Below are positions 11,101-27,039 of a DNA stretch of 64,000 nucleotides, in pieces. Each line of letters opens with the position of its first letter. Position 1 is the first letter of the stretch. A program made the position numbers and the translations under genes. The notes under the pieces are model-generated. The model ran no database searches and had not been told where the DNA came from. It saw only the letters and a program-made list of their open reading frames with translations. This DNA is from an uncultured Acidobacteriota bacterium (GTDB lineage Bacteria > Acidobacteriota > UBA6911). Location of the stretch: NCBI GenBank assembly GCA_963843575.1, contig CAWJKZ010000026.1, positions 1-64,000 on the forward strand. Direction: 5' to 3'.

Positions 11101-11712
11101 TCAGGGTTTCTTCGCCGGCGCGGGTGCGGCCGCGGGCTTGGCGGCGCCCGCGGGGTAGGCCTGGTTGTACCCTCGGACGACTTCTTCGGTGATGATCAGC
11201 GACGGATCGATCCAGGCGTCGCGGGACGGGTTGATGTAGACGACCGCGCTCAGACCCTTTTCCTTCGCGATCTTTTCGATCACCGGGAGCATTTTCCGGC
11301 CGACGTAATTGGTCGTCCGCACGCGACGGCTGTCGATCTCCTTCTGCGTGTCCTGCTGGAATCGCTGCAGCTTGGTGTCCATCGCCTCGATTTGCTCTTC
11401 GAGATCGGCGCGCGCCTCGTCGGTCAGCTTCGAGCCCTGCACCTGCAGCTGATTCCTGAGCGTTTCCGTCTCTTTCCGGAGAGCCTCGAGTTCCGAGTTC
11501 TTCTTGTCGACAAATTTCTGCACCTCGCTGAACTCGCGTTTCCCTTCATCGCAATTGAAGATGGCCTGCTCCAGGTTCAGCCAGGCGACTTTCGCCGGAC
11601 CGATGACGGCGGGGGCTGCCGGGGCTGCGGGGGTTGCTGCCGGGGCCTGTGCCATGGCCAGCACCGGCGCCGACAACACGGCGGAAAAAATGATCAGTAG
11701 CGTTCGCTTCAT
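11101..11712 (-). CDS. skp: OmpH/Skp periplasmic chaperone
   Basis: Signal peptide, long coiled coil, IEKIAKEKGLSAV...ITEEVV; follows bamA. Confidence 0.9.
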   Translation of the reverse strand: MKRTLLIIFSAVLSAPVLAMAQAPAATPAAPAAPAVIGPAKVAWLNLEQAIFNCDEGKREFSEVQKFVDKKNSELEALRKETETLRNQLQVQGSKLTDEARADLEEQIEAMDTKLQRFQQDTQKEIDSRRVRTTNYVGRKMLPVIEKIAKEKGLSAVVYINPSRDAWIDPSLIITEEVVRGYNQAYPAGAAKPAAAPAPAKKP

Positions 11713-11832
11713 CGGGCTGCTCTCCTTTTGCATAATCTGGCGTCGGCCCGGACACCCGCCCGCGCCGGGCGGGATGCCGGTTCCCAAAAACCAAGAAATT
11801 TACTATATCGGGGGCGTGTAGGCAAAAGGGAA

Positions 11833-14424
11833 TTAGAAGCTGCGCCCGATAGTGAACTTGATGTCCTTGCGCGCCTCTCGTGCGAAGATCGGCACGGTCC
11901 CCACGTTCACAACGCCCTGGAAGATTTGGGGATTGTAGGCAAATATCAGCCGGAAGGGCGCGCTGACGACCGGGAGGAGGAACTGGATTTCCACTCCGGT
12001 GGAGCCGCGGACCACGTTGTTGGTGGCTTTGATCAGGTCGACGGAACTGGCCCCGAAGGTCCCGAGGTTCTGCGGCCTCGATACCCGGTTCAATCCCACG
12101 TCGTAGAAGGCCGACATGGAGAGGGGGCCGGCAATCGGGATGCGGTACTCTCCGTTGAAGATCAGCAACGTGTCGCCGCCGACCGAGATGATGCTCCGGT
12201 CGATGCGGGGAAGCCCGGTGTTCAGGTCGATAACCGGGTTTTTCTGCGCATCGAGGGCGGGGGTACTCGAGATCGCCATCGGGCTGATGGAGCGGATGTC
12301 GAAGCCGCGGATGGTGGTTTCGCCGCCCACGAAGAACCGGTCGAAGAACGGCACCGTCGAGTTGTTGTAGGCCTGGATGTATTGTCCGAGAAGCCGGAAC
12401 CCGATCGTGTTCCGGCCATGAGTGATCAAACGGTCGGGCATGAAATGGCGGAACTCGACTGACGGCCGGATCATGCTGAAATCGCCGCCGAGCGGGCCTC
12501 CGGAGACGGCCACCGCCAGGCTGAGGCTGGTGCCGCGCGTCGGGTTGAAGTAGTGGTTGGTCGAGTTGTACATCAGGCTCGGGGTGACTTCGCTGCGGAT
12601 AATTCCCTTCAGCGCGGCGTTGGCGTCGCCCCCCGGGGCGAACCCGATCAGCTGGCCGAGGGCATACGGTTCAAACCCCGATGCAATTCTGCCGATCCCG
12701 ATCTTCTGGTAGGTGTAGCTGGTGCCCAACCGCCAGAAGCTGAAGCCGAGCGGGCGGCTCAGCGAGATGGTCGAGCCCGTGGTGCGCTGCGTGAAAAGCT
12801 CGATGGGCTTTGAGGTTTCGACGTTCGTTATCCCGAACATCATGTAGGTGTCGTACCGGAACCTCTGGTTGAAGAGCGAAATCCCCATCTGCCAGCGCGT
12901 GTCGAACAGGTAGGGCTCGGTGAACGAGACGACGAAATCGCTCGTGCGCGTGCCGCCCGTGACCGAGAACTCCAGGGTTTCCCCTTTGCCCATGAAGTTG
13001 TTGGTGACGTAGTTCAGCCCCAGGAAGCTCCCCGAGATGCCGCTGACACCGCCGGTGAGCCCGATCGACTGCTGGCTCTTCTCTTTGACCTTGACGTTGA
13101 CGTCGACCTGGCCGGACTTTTCGTCGGGCTTGACCTCGTAGTCCTTCTCTTCGATCTTCTCGAAAAAACCGAGCTGGTTCAGGCGCAGGACCGAGATGTC
13201 GAGGGCAGCCGTACTGAATACTTTTCCCTCCTCGAGCGAGAACTCGCGCCTCATCACCTTGTCGCGGGTCTTCGTGTTGCCTTCGAAATAGATGCGATGC
13301 ACGGTGAATTGCTTGTCGGGCTCGAACTTAAAGGTGAGATCCATCACCTTTGTCTTGGGGTCGAAGTTCTGCTCCGGTATGTAAGACCAGTTGATGTAGC
13401 CGTAGTTGCCGTAAAGCTTCTTCAGTTGCTCGAGGGTGTCCTTGATCTTTTTGAAATTGACGACGTCCCCCTTGGCCATGCCGAACGATTTGGCCAGGGC
13501 GTCGCACTTGAAGATGCCGCAGCTTTCAAGCGTGAGCTCCCCGATCCGGTACTGGTCGCCCGCATCGATCGGGATCTCGACGAAGAACTGCTGCTTCGTC
13601 TTCCGGAACATCGGGACGATACCGCGGGAACCTTCGAAAATGCGGGTCACCGGCTCGCCGACCTGGACCTGCATGTAGCCTCGTTCCTTGTAGAACGCTT
13701 TCAGGTTCATCTCGATGTCGGCTTCCAGCTTGGCGCGGTGGTACTTGTCGGTCCCCTTGAAGAGGGAAATCATGCCGCGCTCCTTGGTGAGCTTGAGCGC
13801 GTCCCTCAGTTGCCCCTCGGAGAAGACCTTGTTGCCGACAAACTTGAGCTGGCCGATCCGCACCTTGGCCCCCTCGTCCATGACGAACTTCACCCGGACG
13901 CTCGACGGGGGGATGTTTTCGATTTCGGTGCGCACGGTCCCGAGGGGCTTCCCGTTCTGCTCCATCAGTTCCTTCAGCGCGCGTTCGGCCATCCGGATCT
14001 TGGCGGGGTCGTACTGGCTGTCGACGGTGAGACCGACCTTCTTGGTTTTAAAGTGCTCGAGGATGTTGGACTCGGTAAAGGACTTGTTTCCGGCGTAGGT
14101 AATGCTGCGGATCAGCGGCTTCTCTTTGACAACGAAGGTGATAACCTTGCCCGTGTCGCCGTCGCGCTCGTCCACCTCGACGTTCTCGAAGAAATTCGCC
14201 TTGTACAGCGCCCTCAGGTCCAGCTCCAGCCTGCCCTCGTCGTAGGTTTCCCCCGGCCTCGATTGGATATAGAAGCGAATCGTGTCTTCCGGCACGCGCC
14301 GGTTGCCCCGTATGTCGACTCTTTCGACGTTCGGTCGCTGGGACTGCTGAGCGCAGATCACCCCAGGACTCAGCAGGATAGTACCCAGGAGGTACCACAG
14401 CCCGGATCGTGCCAATCTAGACAT
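11833..14424 (-). CDS. bamA: Outer membrane protein assembly factor BamA
   Basis: POTRA repeats (GNRRV, GNTKTRDKVMRRE), IRGF motif, C-terminal IGRSF. Confidence 0.96.
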   Translation of the reverse strand: MSRLARSGLWYLLGTILLSPGVICAQQSQRPNVERVDIRGNRRVPEDTIRFYIQSRPGETYDEGRLELDLRALYKANFFENVEVDERDGDTGKVITFVVKEKPLIRSITYAGNKSFTESNILEHFKTKKVGLTVDSQYDPAKIRMAERALKELMEQNGKPLGTVRTEIENIPPSSVRVKFVMDEGAKVRIGQLKFVGNKVFSEGQLRDALKLTKERGMISLFKGTDKYHRAKLEADIEMNLKAFYKERGYMQVQVGEPVTRIFEGSRGIVPMFRKTKQQFFVEIPIDAGDQYRIGELTLESCGIFKCDALAKSFGMAKGDVVNFKKIKDTLEQLKKLYGNYGYINWSYIPEQNFDPKTKVMDLTFKFEPDKQFTVHRIYFEGNTKTRDKVMRREFSLEEGKVFSTAALDISVLRLNQLGFFEKIEEKDYEVKPDEKSGQVDVNVKVKEKSQQSIGLTGGVSGISGSFLGLNYVTNNFMGKGETLEFSVTGGTRTSDFVVSFTEPYLFDTRWQMGISLFNQRFRYDTYMMFGITNVETSKPIELFTQRTTGSTISLSRPLGFSFWRLGTSYTYQKIGIGRIASGFEPYALGQLIGFAPGGDANAALKGIIRSEVTPSLMYNSTNHYFNPTRGTSLSLAVAVSGGPLGGDFSMIRPSVEFRHFMPDRLITHGRNTIGFRLLGQYIQAYNNSTVPFFDRFFVGGETTIRGFDIRSISPMAISSTPALDAQKNPVIDLNTGLPRIDRSIISVGGDTLLIFNGEYRIPIAGPLSMSAFYDVGLNRVSRPQNLGTFGASSVDLIKATNNVVRGSTGVEIQFLLPVVSAPFRLIFAYNPQIFQGVVNVGTVPIFAREARKDIKFTIGRSF

Positions 14425-14652
14425 CCGATTCCTACTCCTTAATACAGCCGCCGTCGTGGGTGAGCGCATATGTTAGATGAAAGAAGGGGCCAAATCCAGC
14501 GCTGTGAAGCAGACGATCCGCGGGCACGACGACCCCGCTTTATTAAACTGCGACTTTTCCGCGGCGTTTCATTTTATTTGAGTGGAATAGGGCTTGATAT
14601 GCACCCGGATGGTGGGCCGGGACGGCCGCAGCGCCGCCCCGGACGGTTTCCC

Positions 14653-17093
<2,441 letters not shown>

Positions 17094-17126
17094 ATAGTCT
17101 TGTGCTCGAGTGTACGAAAGAATCGT

Positions 17127-17164
17127 TGAACTTTATTATACGGACAGAGTTCAGCGGGTGTAAA
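17127..17164 (-). promoter_or_regulatory. sigma70-like promoter of clpC with overlapping inverted repeat
   Basis: Minus strand TTTACA-N18-TATAAT; TGAACT-N15-AGTTCA (17127-17153) brackets the -10. Confidence 0.55.
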
Positions 17165-17261
17165 GAGGCAACCCCTGACAAGCCTCAGTCCGGACGCTTT
17201 TTGATCTGCCCGAGTTCAGCCACGGTTGCGCTCAATGGCGCGAACCCTAAGTCGGCGGCGC

Positions 17262-17940
17262 TCAACTCAGCCGCAGCTGGCCTCCCTCCATGCGGTAAGT
17301 GCGCTCGCAAATCCGCGCGAGCCTCTCGTTGTGCGTGACGATGATCGACGTGAGCCCGCGGCGCGCGTGCAGTTCCTGGAAAAGGTGCGCCATCGCTTCG
17401 CCCGTCTGGGGATCGAGATTGCCGGTGGGTTCGTCGGCGAGCAGGAGGTGTGGATTTCCGACGAGGGCCCGGGCCAGCGCGACCCGTTGCTGCTCACCGC
17501 CGGACAATTCGCCCGGCCTGTGCCCGGCCCTACCGGAAAGCCCGACGTCGGCGAGCATAGCGGCGGCGACGGCGCGCGCGTCGGGCGCCGCGTCGCCGCG
17601 CAGGAGCAAGGGCATCATGACGTTCTCCAGCGCGGTGAATTCCGGGAGCAGGTGATGGAACTGAAATACGAACCCGACGGTGCCGTTGCGGAACCGGGAC
17701 AGGCTCGGCGCATCCAGCCTGGTGATATCTTGTCCCTCGACGACTATGGAACCGGAGTCCGGCTTGTCCATTCCCGCCGAGCACGTGCAGAAGCGTGGAC
17801 TTGCCGGAGCCGGAGACGCCGGTGACCGCGGCCATGACCCCCTTGTCCAGGTCGAGCGAGAGGCCGGTGAGCACGTGCAGGCGCTCTGTCCCGGACATAT
17901 AGCTCTTCGAGAGGTCCCTCACCTCAAGGAGCCTACTCAT
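17262..17940 (-). CDS. lolD: Lipoprotein-releasing ABC transporter ATPase (frameshifted)
   Basis: GVSGSGKSTLLH, GFVFQFHHLLPEFTALENV, LSGGEQQRV, ADEPTGNLD. Confidence 0.92.
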
Positions 17941-19191
17941 AGCGCAGGATCTCCACCGGGTTCAGGCGCGACGCGCTTCGGGCCGGGTAAAGGGTGGCCA
18001 GGAAGCTGATCAGGAGCGCCGTGGCCGAGACGAGCACCACGTCCCAGCCCCTCACGTGGAAGGGCACGTACGGAATGCTGTAGACCTCGGCCTGCAGCCG
18101 GATGAGCTTGTAGGTGTTGAGGACCCAGCACGAGCCGACTCCGAGCGTCGCCCCCAGCACGGTGCCGATCACCCCGATGATCAGTCCCTGGAGCATGAAT
18201 ACGTGCATGATCACGCTCGACCTCGCGCCCATCGCGGTCAGGATGGCGATGTCCCCCTGCTTTTCGAGCACCATCATGATCAGGGTGGTCACGATGTTCA
18301 GCGAGGCGACGAAGACGATCAGGCCGATGGTCAGGAAGAGGGCGAGTTTCTCCAGCTTCAGGGCGGAGAAGAGCGGCTTGTTCAGCTCGATCCAGGTGTT
18401 GGTCGTGAATCCCGCGCCGGCGGCCACCCGCACCTCGTCGGCGACCTCCTGCGCCCGTTCGAGGTCGTCGGTCTTGAACTGGAGGACGGAGCAGGAGTCC
18501 GGCGGAAAGGAAAACAGCCTTCGCGCCGCTCCGATCCCGGTGTAAACCCAGTTCGAGTCGTAATCCCACAGGCCCGACTCGAAAATCGCGGCCACGCGAA
18601 ACGTCTTTTCGGAAACCGTCATCCCGAACGGCGTGAGCCGCCCCATCGGGGACTACCACTTTGAGGGTGCTGCCGATCTTCACTCCCATGGCGCGGGCCA
18701 TTTCCTTCCCGATGATCATGTTCTCCGGAGGGGGAGGGGAGTCGGGATCGGGAGCGGGGGTCGGTTTGTCGAGGCAGGCAGGGTCCCCTTCGACGATGTG
18801 GGTGAAGAAATCGGAGATCTGGCGCTCACGTCGCCGGGTCTATCCCCTTCAGGACGGCACCCTGGTTGCGCTGGGTGCTGGAGATGAAGACCTGGTTGAA
18901 GATGGCCGGAGCGCTGCCGACGATGTGGGGGACGCGGGCGATCCCGCCCAGCACGGTCTCGCAGTCGCGCACCGGTGTGCTGTCCAGCCGCAGCAGGTTG
19001 ACGTGGGAGGTCGCCCCGACGATCTTCTCCTGGATGTCCTCCCGGAATCCCGTCGACAGGGCGAGGGCGATGACGAGCGCCATCACCCCGGCGGTGATCC
19101 CGAGCACGGAGATGGCCGAGATCACGGAGACCATCGTCTGCTTGCGCTTGGCCTTCAGGTAGCGGAGGGCGACGAAGAGTTCGAATTTCAT
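17933..19191 (-). CDS. Lipoprotein-releasing ABC transporter permease LolC/E (frameshifted)
   Basis: MKFELFVALRYLKAKRK...ISVLGITAGVMAL, NIVTTLIMMVLEKQGDIAIL, YPARSASRLNPVEILRYE. Confidence 0.9.
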
Positions 19192-19225
19192 AGGGCGTTG
19201 CCGCCGACGACTCCGGCCCCGCGAG

Positions 19226-20722
<1,497 letters not shown>

Positions 20723-20725
20723 GCG

Positions 20726-21152
20726 TCACTCTTCCATTTCTTTCAGCTCGAGATCGTTCTTGATGCTGTCCAGGATGCCGTTGACGAATTGGGCCGACTC
20801 GTGGGTGGAGAATTTCTTGGCGATCTCCAGCGCCTCGTTGATCACGACGGTTCCCGGGGTGCGCGTGTCGGCAAGGAACTCGAACACGGCCAGCCTGCAG
20901 GATGTTCCGGTCGACGGCCGCCATCCGGCTGAGGCGCCAGTTCTTCGTGTGCTGCTGGATCGTCTTGTCGATTTCCTTCAGCCGTTCGAGCGTCCCCTCG
21001 AACAGTTCGTTGGCGAACGCGCGCACCTTCGGGAGGCTGCTCGTTCATATCCCAGAACGAGTCCAGGATTTCCTCCGGGGCGACATCTTGCCCACATCGT
21101 GCTGATAGAGCATCTGGAGCGCGCATTCGCGCGCAGTGCGTCGAAGTCCCAT
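20726..21152 (-). CDS. nusB: Transcription antitermination factor NusB (frameshifted)
   Basis: [59 protein letters not shown] across frames. Confidence 0.9.
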
Positions 21153-21206
21153 TCGCTTGAATCGATCCGTAGGCGGAAGGAAACGGCGCGCAACGGCTTC
21201 CGTGCG

Positions 21207-21671
21207 CTACACCTGTTTCAGAACCTGCACCATTTCGATGGCCGCCATGGCGGCGTCAAACCCGCGATTGCCCGATTTGAGCCCGGCGCGGTCGATGGCC
21301 TGCTCCATGGTGTTGCAGGTCAGGATGCCGTAGATCACGGGAATGCCCGATTCGAGGCTGAGCGCGCCAAGTTCCTTGGTGACGGTTGAGGCGAGATGGT
21401 CGAAGTGGGGGGTCTCGCCGCGGATCAGGGCGCCGAGGCAGATTACCGCGTCGTACTTGCCCGATCCCGCCATCCTCTTGGCGGTCGGCGGGACCTCGAA
21501 CGATCCGGGGACCCAGACGACGGTGATGTCGTCCGAAGCGGCGCCGTGGCGGTCGAGCGCATCCATGGCTCCGGCAAGCAATCGGTCGCTGATGAACGAG
21601 TTGAAACGGCTGATCACGATGCCGAAACGACTCCCCTTGGCATCGAGCGCACCCTGGATGGTCTTGGCCAT
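21207..21671 (-). CDS. ribH: 6,7-dimethyl-8-ribityllumazine synthase
   Basis: SRFNSFI, VPGSFEVP, CLGALIRGETPHF, EQAIDRAG. Confidence 0.96.
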   Translation of the reverse strand: MAKTIQGALDAKGSRFGIVISRFNSFISDRLLAGAMDALDRHGAASDDITVVWVPGSFEVPPTAKRMAGSGKYDAVICLGALIRGETPHFDHLASTVTKELGALSLESGIPVIYGILTCNTMEQAIDRAGLKSGNRGFDAAMAAIEMVQVLKQV

Positions 21672-21817
21672 GCTGTGGTCTCCTTCGGAAATCCGGCGGC
21701 GTTCAATTCTGCAAGAGAGCACAACAGTTTACAAGCCTGAAAAACCGGAGCCAGTTCCGGCGGCCCGGCAGTTCCCGGGCGGCGGCGGCGCAGCCCGCGC
21801 CGGCGTGCCGCAACCTG

Positions 21818-23201
21818 CTACTCCGAACCGGCAGCGCCTCCCGGCCGTCCTGTGGCGCCTGCGTCCCCGGCGGACGAGCGTCCGGCGCGCGTTTCGAGCG
21901 AGGAGAGGAGACGGAAAAAACCGTGTACCGTCGGGCCCGCGGGAAAGACAGGGCGTCCGACGCGGCGGGCGAGGTCGTCGGGGGTCCAGTCGTCGACCAG
22001 GATGCCATCCACCCGGGACACCGCGTCGTTGGGGATGACGACGAAATCGCCGACGTCGGTCCCCGACAGCGCTTCGGCAATATCCGCTCCCCCTAACAGC
22101 CCCGCAACCGTGATGCTGCGGCCCATGAACCGGTTCTCCACCTGCCGCACCCGCAGTTGCGCCTGGAATCGCTCGTTCAGCTTCGCCGTGCGCAGTCGGA
22201 CAGGTAGGGGAAGAAGAGCCTGCCGGTGACCAGGGTGCCATTCAGTCCGGGCATAGCCTTGCGCCGGCGCCGGAGTTCGGCTGCGAAGTCGTCGAGGAAC
22301 CTCCGGACCATGCCGATGCCGTCTTCGATCTGGGCGAAATCGTCGTAGTACCCGGACCCCGGGCAGCTCGACCCCGCCCTGGATGTAGAACTCGTCCGCG
22401 AGGTAGGCGAATGTCTGTCCGATCGTGCGGCGGAACTCCTCCTGCCAGGGCCGGGCGAGGGCGATGACCTCGCGGCAGAACTCGGCGGTAACGGCGCGGT
22501 AACGCTCCCGGGTCGGTGCCGTGGTCCGACAGTCCGAGCGGGACGATGGCGACCGAAGCGACGCCCGGGGTAATACCGGCACAGGCCGCGGACCGTTTCC
22601 TCGAGGTGGCAGGCCGTCGTTGATGCCCGGCATCAGCACGATCTGGGTGTGCAGCCGGATGCCGCCGGAGGTGAGCTTGCGGATCTTCCGGTCCAGGTCG
22701 TCCGGCTTCCTGCGGCCCAGCATCTGCGTGCGCAGCTCGGGATCGATCGCGTGAACAGAGACGTACAGACGGCGAGAGGGCCTGCGCTACGATCCGGTCC
22801 AGTTCGCGCTCGGGGAGGTTCGTCAGGGTGACGTAGTTGCCGTGCAGGAAAGAGAGCCGGTAGTCGTCGTCCTTGACCTTCAGGGTCGGCCGGACCCCGG
22901 GAGGCAGCTGGTCGATGAAGCAGAACAGGCAGGCGTTGTTGCAGGTTCGGGTCCTGAAGTCCTCGACTGTGACCCCGAGGCTCTCCCCCTCCCCCATTTC
23001 CGCCTCGAGCACCTCCTCCTCGCCGGAGACCTTCCGCACCTCCAGCCGGAGGGTCTCCGCGGCGAGGTGGAACTTGAGGGCCAGTTCGTCCTCGACGGGA
23101 TTCCCGTTGACCGTCAGGATCTCGTCGCCGGGGAGCAGTCCCAGGTCCCGACCGACCGATCCCGGCTCAACCTCGCGAATCTTGACTCCGCTTCTTGCCA
23201 T
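21818..23201 (-). CDS. PDZ + radical-SAM-like DUF512 protein (frameshifted)
   Basis: N-terminal PDZ, CNNACLFCFIDQLP, KDDDYRLSFLHGNYVTLTN, ADEFY, ITVAGLL. Confidence 0.88.
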
Positions 23202-23767
23202 TGACCGACTGCGTCTTCTGATACTTCTCGATGATTCTCACCGAGCGGTAGAAATAGTGAAGGCCCGAGGCCACGGTGAGCAGCAACGCAGAGTAGACTG
23301 CGGCGGGGAAGAGCACCACCCCCAACGACGGCACCAGGTTTCCCAACATGCAGGCGCCGACCGTGGTCAGCTGTGCCGTGGTAGTGCACTTGCCCAGGAA
23401 GCTGGGGGGGAAGCTGGCGTACCCGGTCTGGAGGTGGATGAATCAGCGCGAACACCGCGATGAGAAGGTCGCGGCTTATCGTCAGGACCGTCAACCAGAT
23501 CGGGATGTGAAGCGCGATCGGGACCGACGGGACCGTGAGGGTCACGAAGGAAGCGGTCAGGAGCAGCTTGTCGGCCATCGGGTCCAGGAATGAACCCAGC
23601 GCCGTCTTTTGCTGGAGCTTGCGCGCGAGCAGCCCGTCAAGCGCGTCTGTGACCCGGCCAGCACGAACACCAGGGTGGCGACGCCGACGTGCCCGTAGAT
23701 GACCAGCAGGACGAAACAGGGTATGAAACATCATCCGAAGTATCGTCAGCTGGTTGGCATACGTCAT
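23167..23767 (-). CDS. CDP-alcohol phosphatidyltransferase (frameshifted)
   Basis: ANQLTILR, TDALDGLLARKLQQKTALGSFLDPMADK. Confidence 0.88.
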
Positions 23768-23925
23768 CACACTCCGCGCTCCTCTCCCCCGGCCCGAGAC
23801 CGGCAGCTCATTCTATCGTGTCGCGACCACTTACAAGGAATACTCGACAATCGGCCACGCTCTTCCGATAAGTATATCGTCAATCGGCAGTGGTGTCGGT
23901 TTTTTAGGGGAGGCACGGCGCCGGG

Positions 23926-25032
23926 ATGTCACTATCGGGCAATCTGAACACGATGGAGCTTGCGGAGCTCCTCCAGTGGGTCACGCTGGGCCGCAAGACC
24001 GGGTCTCTTACGTTCATCCGGAGCAAGACGAAGAACTACATTTTTTTCCGCAACGGCCAGATCATCTCGTCGCGATCCAACGAGCCTACGAAGCAGCTGG
24101 GCCATTTCCTGCTGTTCCAGGGCAAGATCACGGAGGTGCAGCTCAAGCGCGCCCTGGAGATCCAGCACCAGACCCGCTCCATCCTGGGAAGGGTGCTCGT
24201 CCAGGAAGGTTTCATCACCCAGGAGGAGGTCGAGAAAGCGCTCGTCGCCCGGACCCAGGAGGTCATCTACGACCTTTTCCTCTGGGAAGACGGCTATTTC
24301 CACTTCACCGCGAGCGGCTTCAACTCCCAGGAACTGATCCTGATCAACATCGACATGAACTCGATCCTGTTCGAGGGGGTGCGCCGGAAGGACGAGTGGG
24401 CCCGCATCCGCGAGGTTTTCCCGAGCAACGAAATCGTCCTCTGCCTCAGACCCGAGGCCGACCTGAAGAGCCTCTCGCGCTGACGCCGCTGCAAAAGAAA
24501 ATGCTGTTCCTCGTCGACGCAGGGGAAGACCGTGTCGCAGATCATCCTCGAAGTTCACGGTTCGGATTTCCTCGTAAACTGGGAGCTTTTTCAGCTCTAC
24601 GAGAAGAACGTCCTCGACGTGAAGGAGGCCCCGCCGCAGCCGCCGCAGGAAGACAACCCGGCCAAGCTGTTTTCCCGGGGATTGGAACTGATGCAGGAGG
24701 GCAAGCACGCCGAGGCGATCGCGCTGTTCCAGGAGACTCTGCGGCTCGATCCGCAGAACGTCTGGGCCGACGAGCAGATCGAGAAGGCGGAAAGGGCGAT
24801 CTGCCAGGAGTTCTACAAGACCTCGATCGCGGGGGACAAGGTGCCCGCCTTCATCGTGCCCGAGTCCTCGCTGACCCGCTACAACCTGACGCCGCAGGAG
24901 GGGTTCGTGGCCTCGCGCATCAATGGGATCTGGGACGTCAACTCGATCGTCATGCTGTCGCCCCTGCGCGAGATCGAGATCCTGCAGATCCTCGACAAGC
25001 TGCTCGGGATGGGACTGGTCCAGCTGAAATAG
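23926..25032 (+). CDS. DUF4388 domain + TPR protein (frameshifted)
   Basis: [18 protein letters not shown]...[25 protein letters not shown]; TPR ([15 protein letters not shown]); C-terminal winged-helix-like [14 protein letters not shown]. Confidence 0.8.
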
Positions 25033-25061
25033 CCCCGGGCTTCTCCGACCTCGGAGACCGA

Positions 25062-27028
25062 TTATTCCTCGCCGGCCCGCAGCCTCTCGATGACGCCGAA
25101 ATCCTCGAGGGTAGTGACGTCGCCGCGGACGCTGTCGCCCCCGGCGATCTCGCGCAGCAGGCGCCGCATGATCTTCCCGGACCGCGTCTTCGGGAGAGCA
25201 TCCGTGAAGCGGATCTCGTCCGGCTTGGCGATGGCCCCGATTTCCTTGGCCACGTGGTTGCGGAGCTCCTCCCGCAGGCTCTCCGAAGGGGAGTACCCGC
25301 CCTCGAGGGTGACGAACGCGACGATGGCCTGCCCTTTCAGCTCGTCCGGGCCGCCCGACCACCGCCGATTCGGCGACCATCGGGTGCGAGACGAGCGCGC
25401 TCTCGACCTCCATGGTTCCGAGCCGGTGCCCCGCGACGTTGATGACGTCGTCGACGCGCCCCATGATCCAGAAGTAGCCGTCGGAGTCCCTGCGGGACCC
25501 GTCGCCGGAGAAATAGACACCCTTCTATTTCCGACCAGTACTGGCGCTTGTAGCGCTCGTCGTCGCCCCAGATGGTGCGCAGCATGGCGGGCCAGGGTTC
25601 ACGGATGACCAGGTAACCCCCGGAATTGGGCGGGACGGCGGCGCCGGAGCGATCGACCACCTCGGCGACGATGCCGAAAAACGGGAGGGTGGCCGTGCCC
25701 GGCTTTGTCGGGGTCGCCCCCGGCAGCGGGGTGATCATGATGCCCCCGGTCTCCGTCTGCCACCACGTGTCGACGATGGGGCAGCGGCCGCCGCCGATGA
25801 CCCGGTGGTACCACATCCACGCCTCCGGATTGATCGGCTCCCCCACGGTGCCGAGCAGACGCAGGCTGGACAGGTCGTGCGCCGCGGGCCATTGCTCGCC
25901 CCAGCGGTGGAAGGCGCGGATCGCCGTGGGCGCGGTGTAGAAGATGTTGACCTTGTGCCGCTCCACGATGTCCCAGAAGCGATCGGGATTCGGATGGTTG
26001 GGTGCGCCCTCGTACATCAGGCTGGTCGCGCCGTTCAGCAGTGGCCCGTACAGGATGTAGCTGTGCCCCGTGACCCACCCGATGTCGGCCGTGCACCAGT
26101 AGGTGTCTTCGTCCTTGAGGTCGAAGACGTACTTCATCGTCAGGTACACGTACACCATGTACCCGCCCGTCGTGTGCACGACGCCCTTGGGCTTTCCCGT
26201 CGTGCCGCTCGTGTAGAGCGTGAAAGAGCGGGTGTTCGGCGTCGAGCGGCTCCGCCGTCGTTCTTCTCCGCGGACCTGGCCATCACGTCGTGCCACCAGT
26301 GATCCCGCCCCTGTTCGATGTGGATCTCGGAGCCGGACCGCTTGTAGACGACGACGCTCTTCACCGACGGGCTCTGGCGCAGCGCCTCGTCGACGTACTT
26401 CTTCAGCGGGATCTCGGCGCCGCGCCGGAACGCGCCGTCCTGGGTCAGGACGGCCGAAGCCTGCGCGTCGTTGATCCGGTCCCGGAGCGCCTCGGCCGAA
26501 AAGCCGCCGAAGACGACGGAGTGGGTCGCGCCGATGCGCGCGCACGCCAGCATGGCCACCGGGAGCTCGGGCACCATCCCCATGTAGATGACGACGCGGT
26601 CGCCTTTCTTGACGCCGAGCGACAACAGCCCGTTGGCGAACCGGCAGACTTCGCGGTGCAGCTGCTGGTAGGTGAGGGTGCGGACCTCTCCCGGTTCGCC
26701 TTCCCAGATGATCGCGGCCTTGTTCTTGCGCGTGGTCGCCCAGGTGCCGGTCGAGGCAGTTGTACGAGATGTTGGTCTTGCCCCCGACGAACCACTTCAC
26801 GAAGGGCCGGTTCCACTCCCGCACCGTCTTCCAGCGCTTGAACCAATGGAGCTGCCTGGCGACCTTCGCCCAGAACTTGTCCGGGTTCTCGATCGATTCC
26901 TGGTACATCTGCCGGTACTGCTCCATGCTCTTGACGTGCGCCTTGGCGCTGAACTCCGGCGGTGGCGGGAACAGGCGGTCCTCGTGCAATGTCGATTCGA
27001 TGCCGGTGTCGACGTGTTCTCTGCTCAT
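25062..27028 (-). CDS. acs: Acetate--CoA ligase (frameshifted)
   Basis: [59 protein letters not shown]. Confidence 0.96.
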
Positions 27029-27039
27029 GAGAGTCTCCC

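Noticed and set aside
14425-14650. Riboswitch in the bamA leader
   Set aside because: Only one ~9-bp long-range pairing (GTCGTCGTG/CACGACGGC) and no recognisable aptamer motif.
24470-24530. TGA at 24481-24483 in the DUF4388 gene as a third Sec codon
   Set aside because: The downstream protein continues in a different frame (LTPLQKKML), so it is an indel, not read-through; no Cys context.
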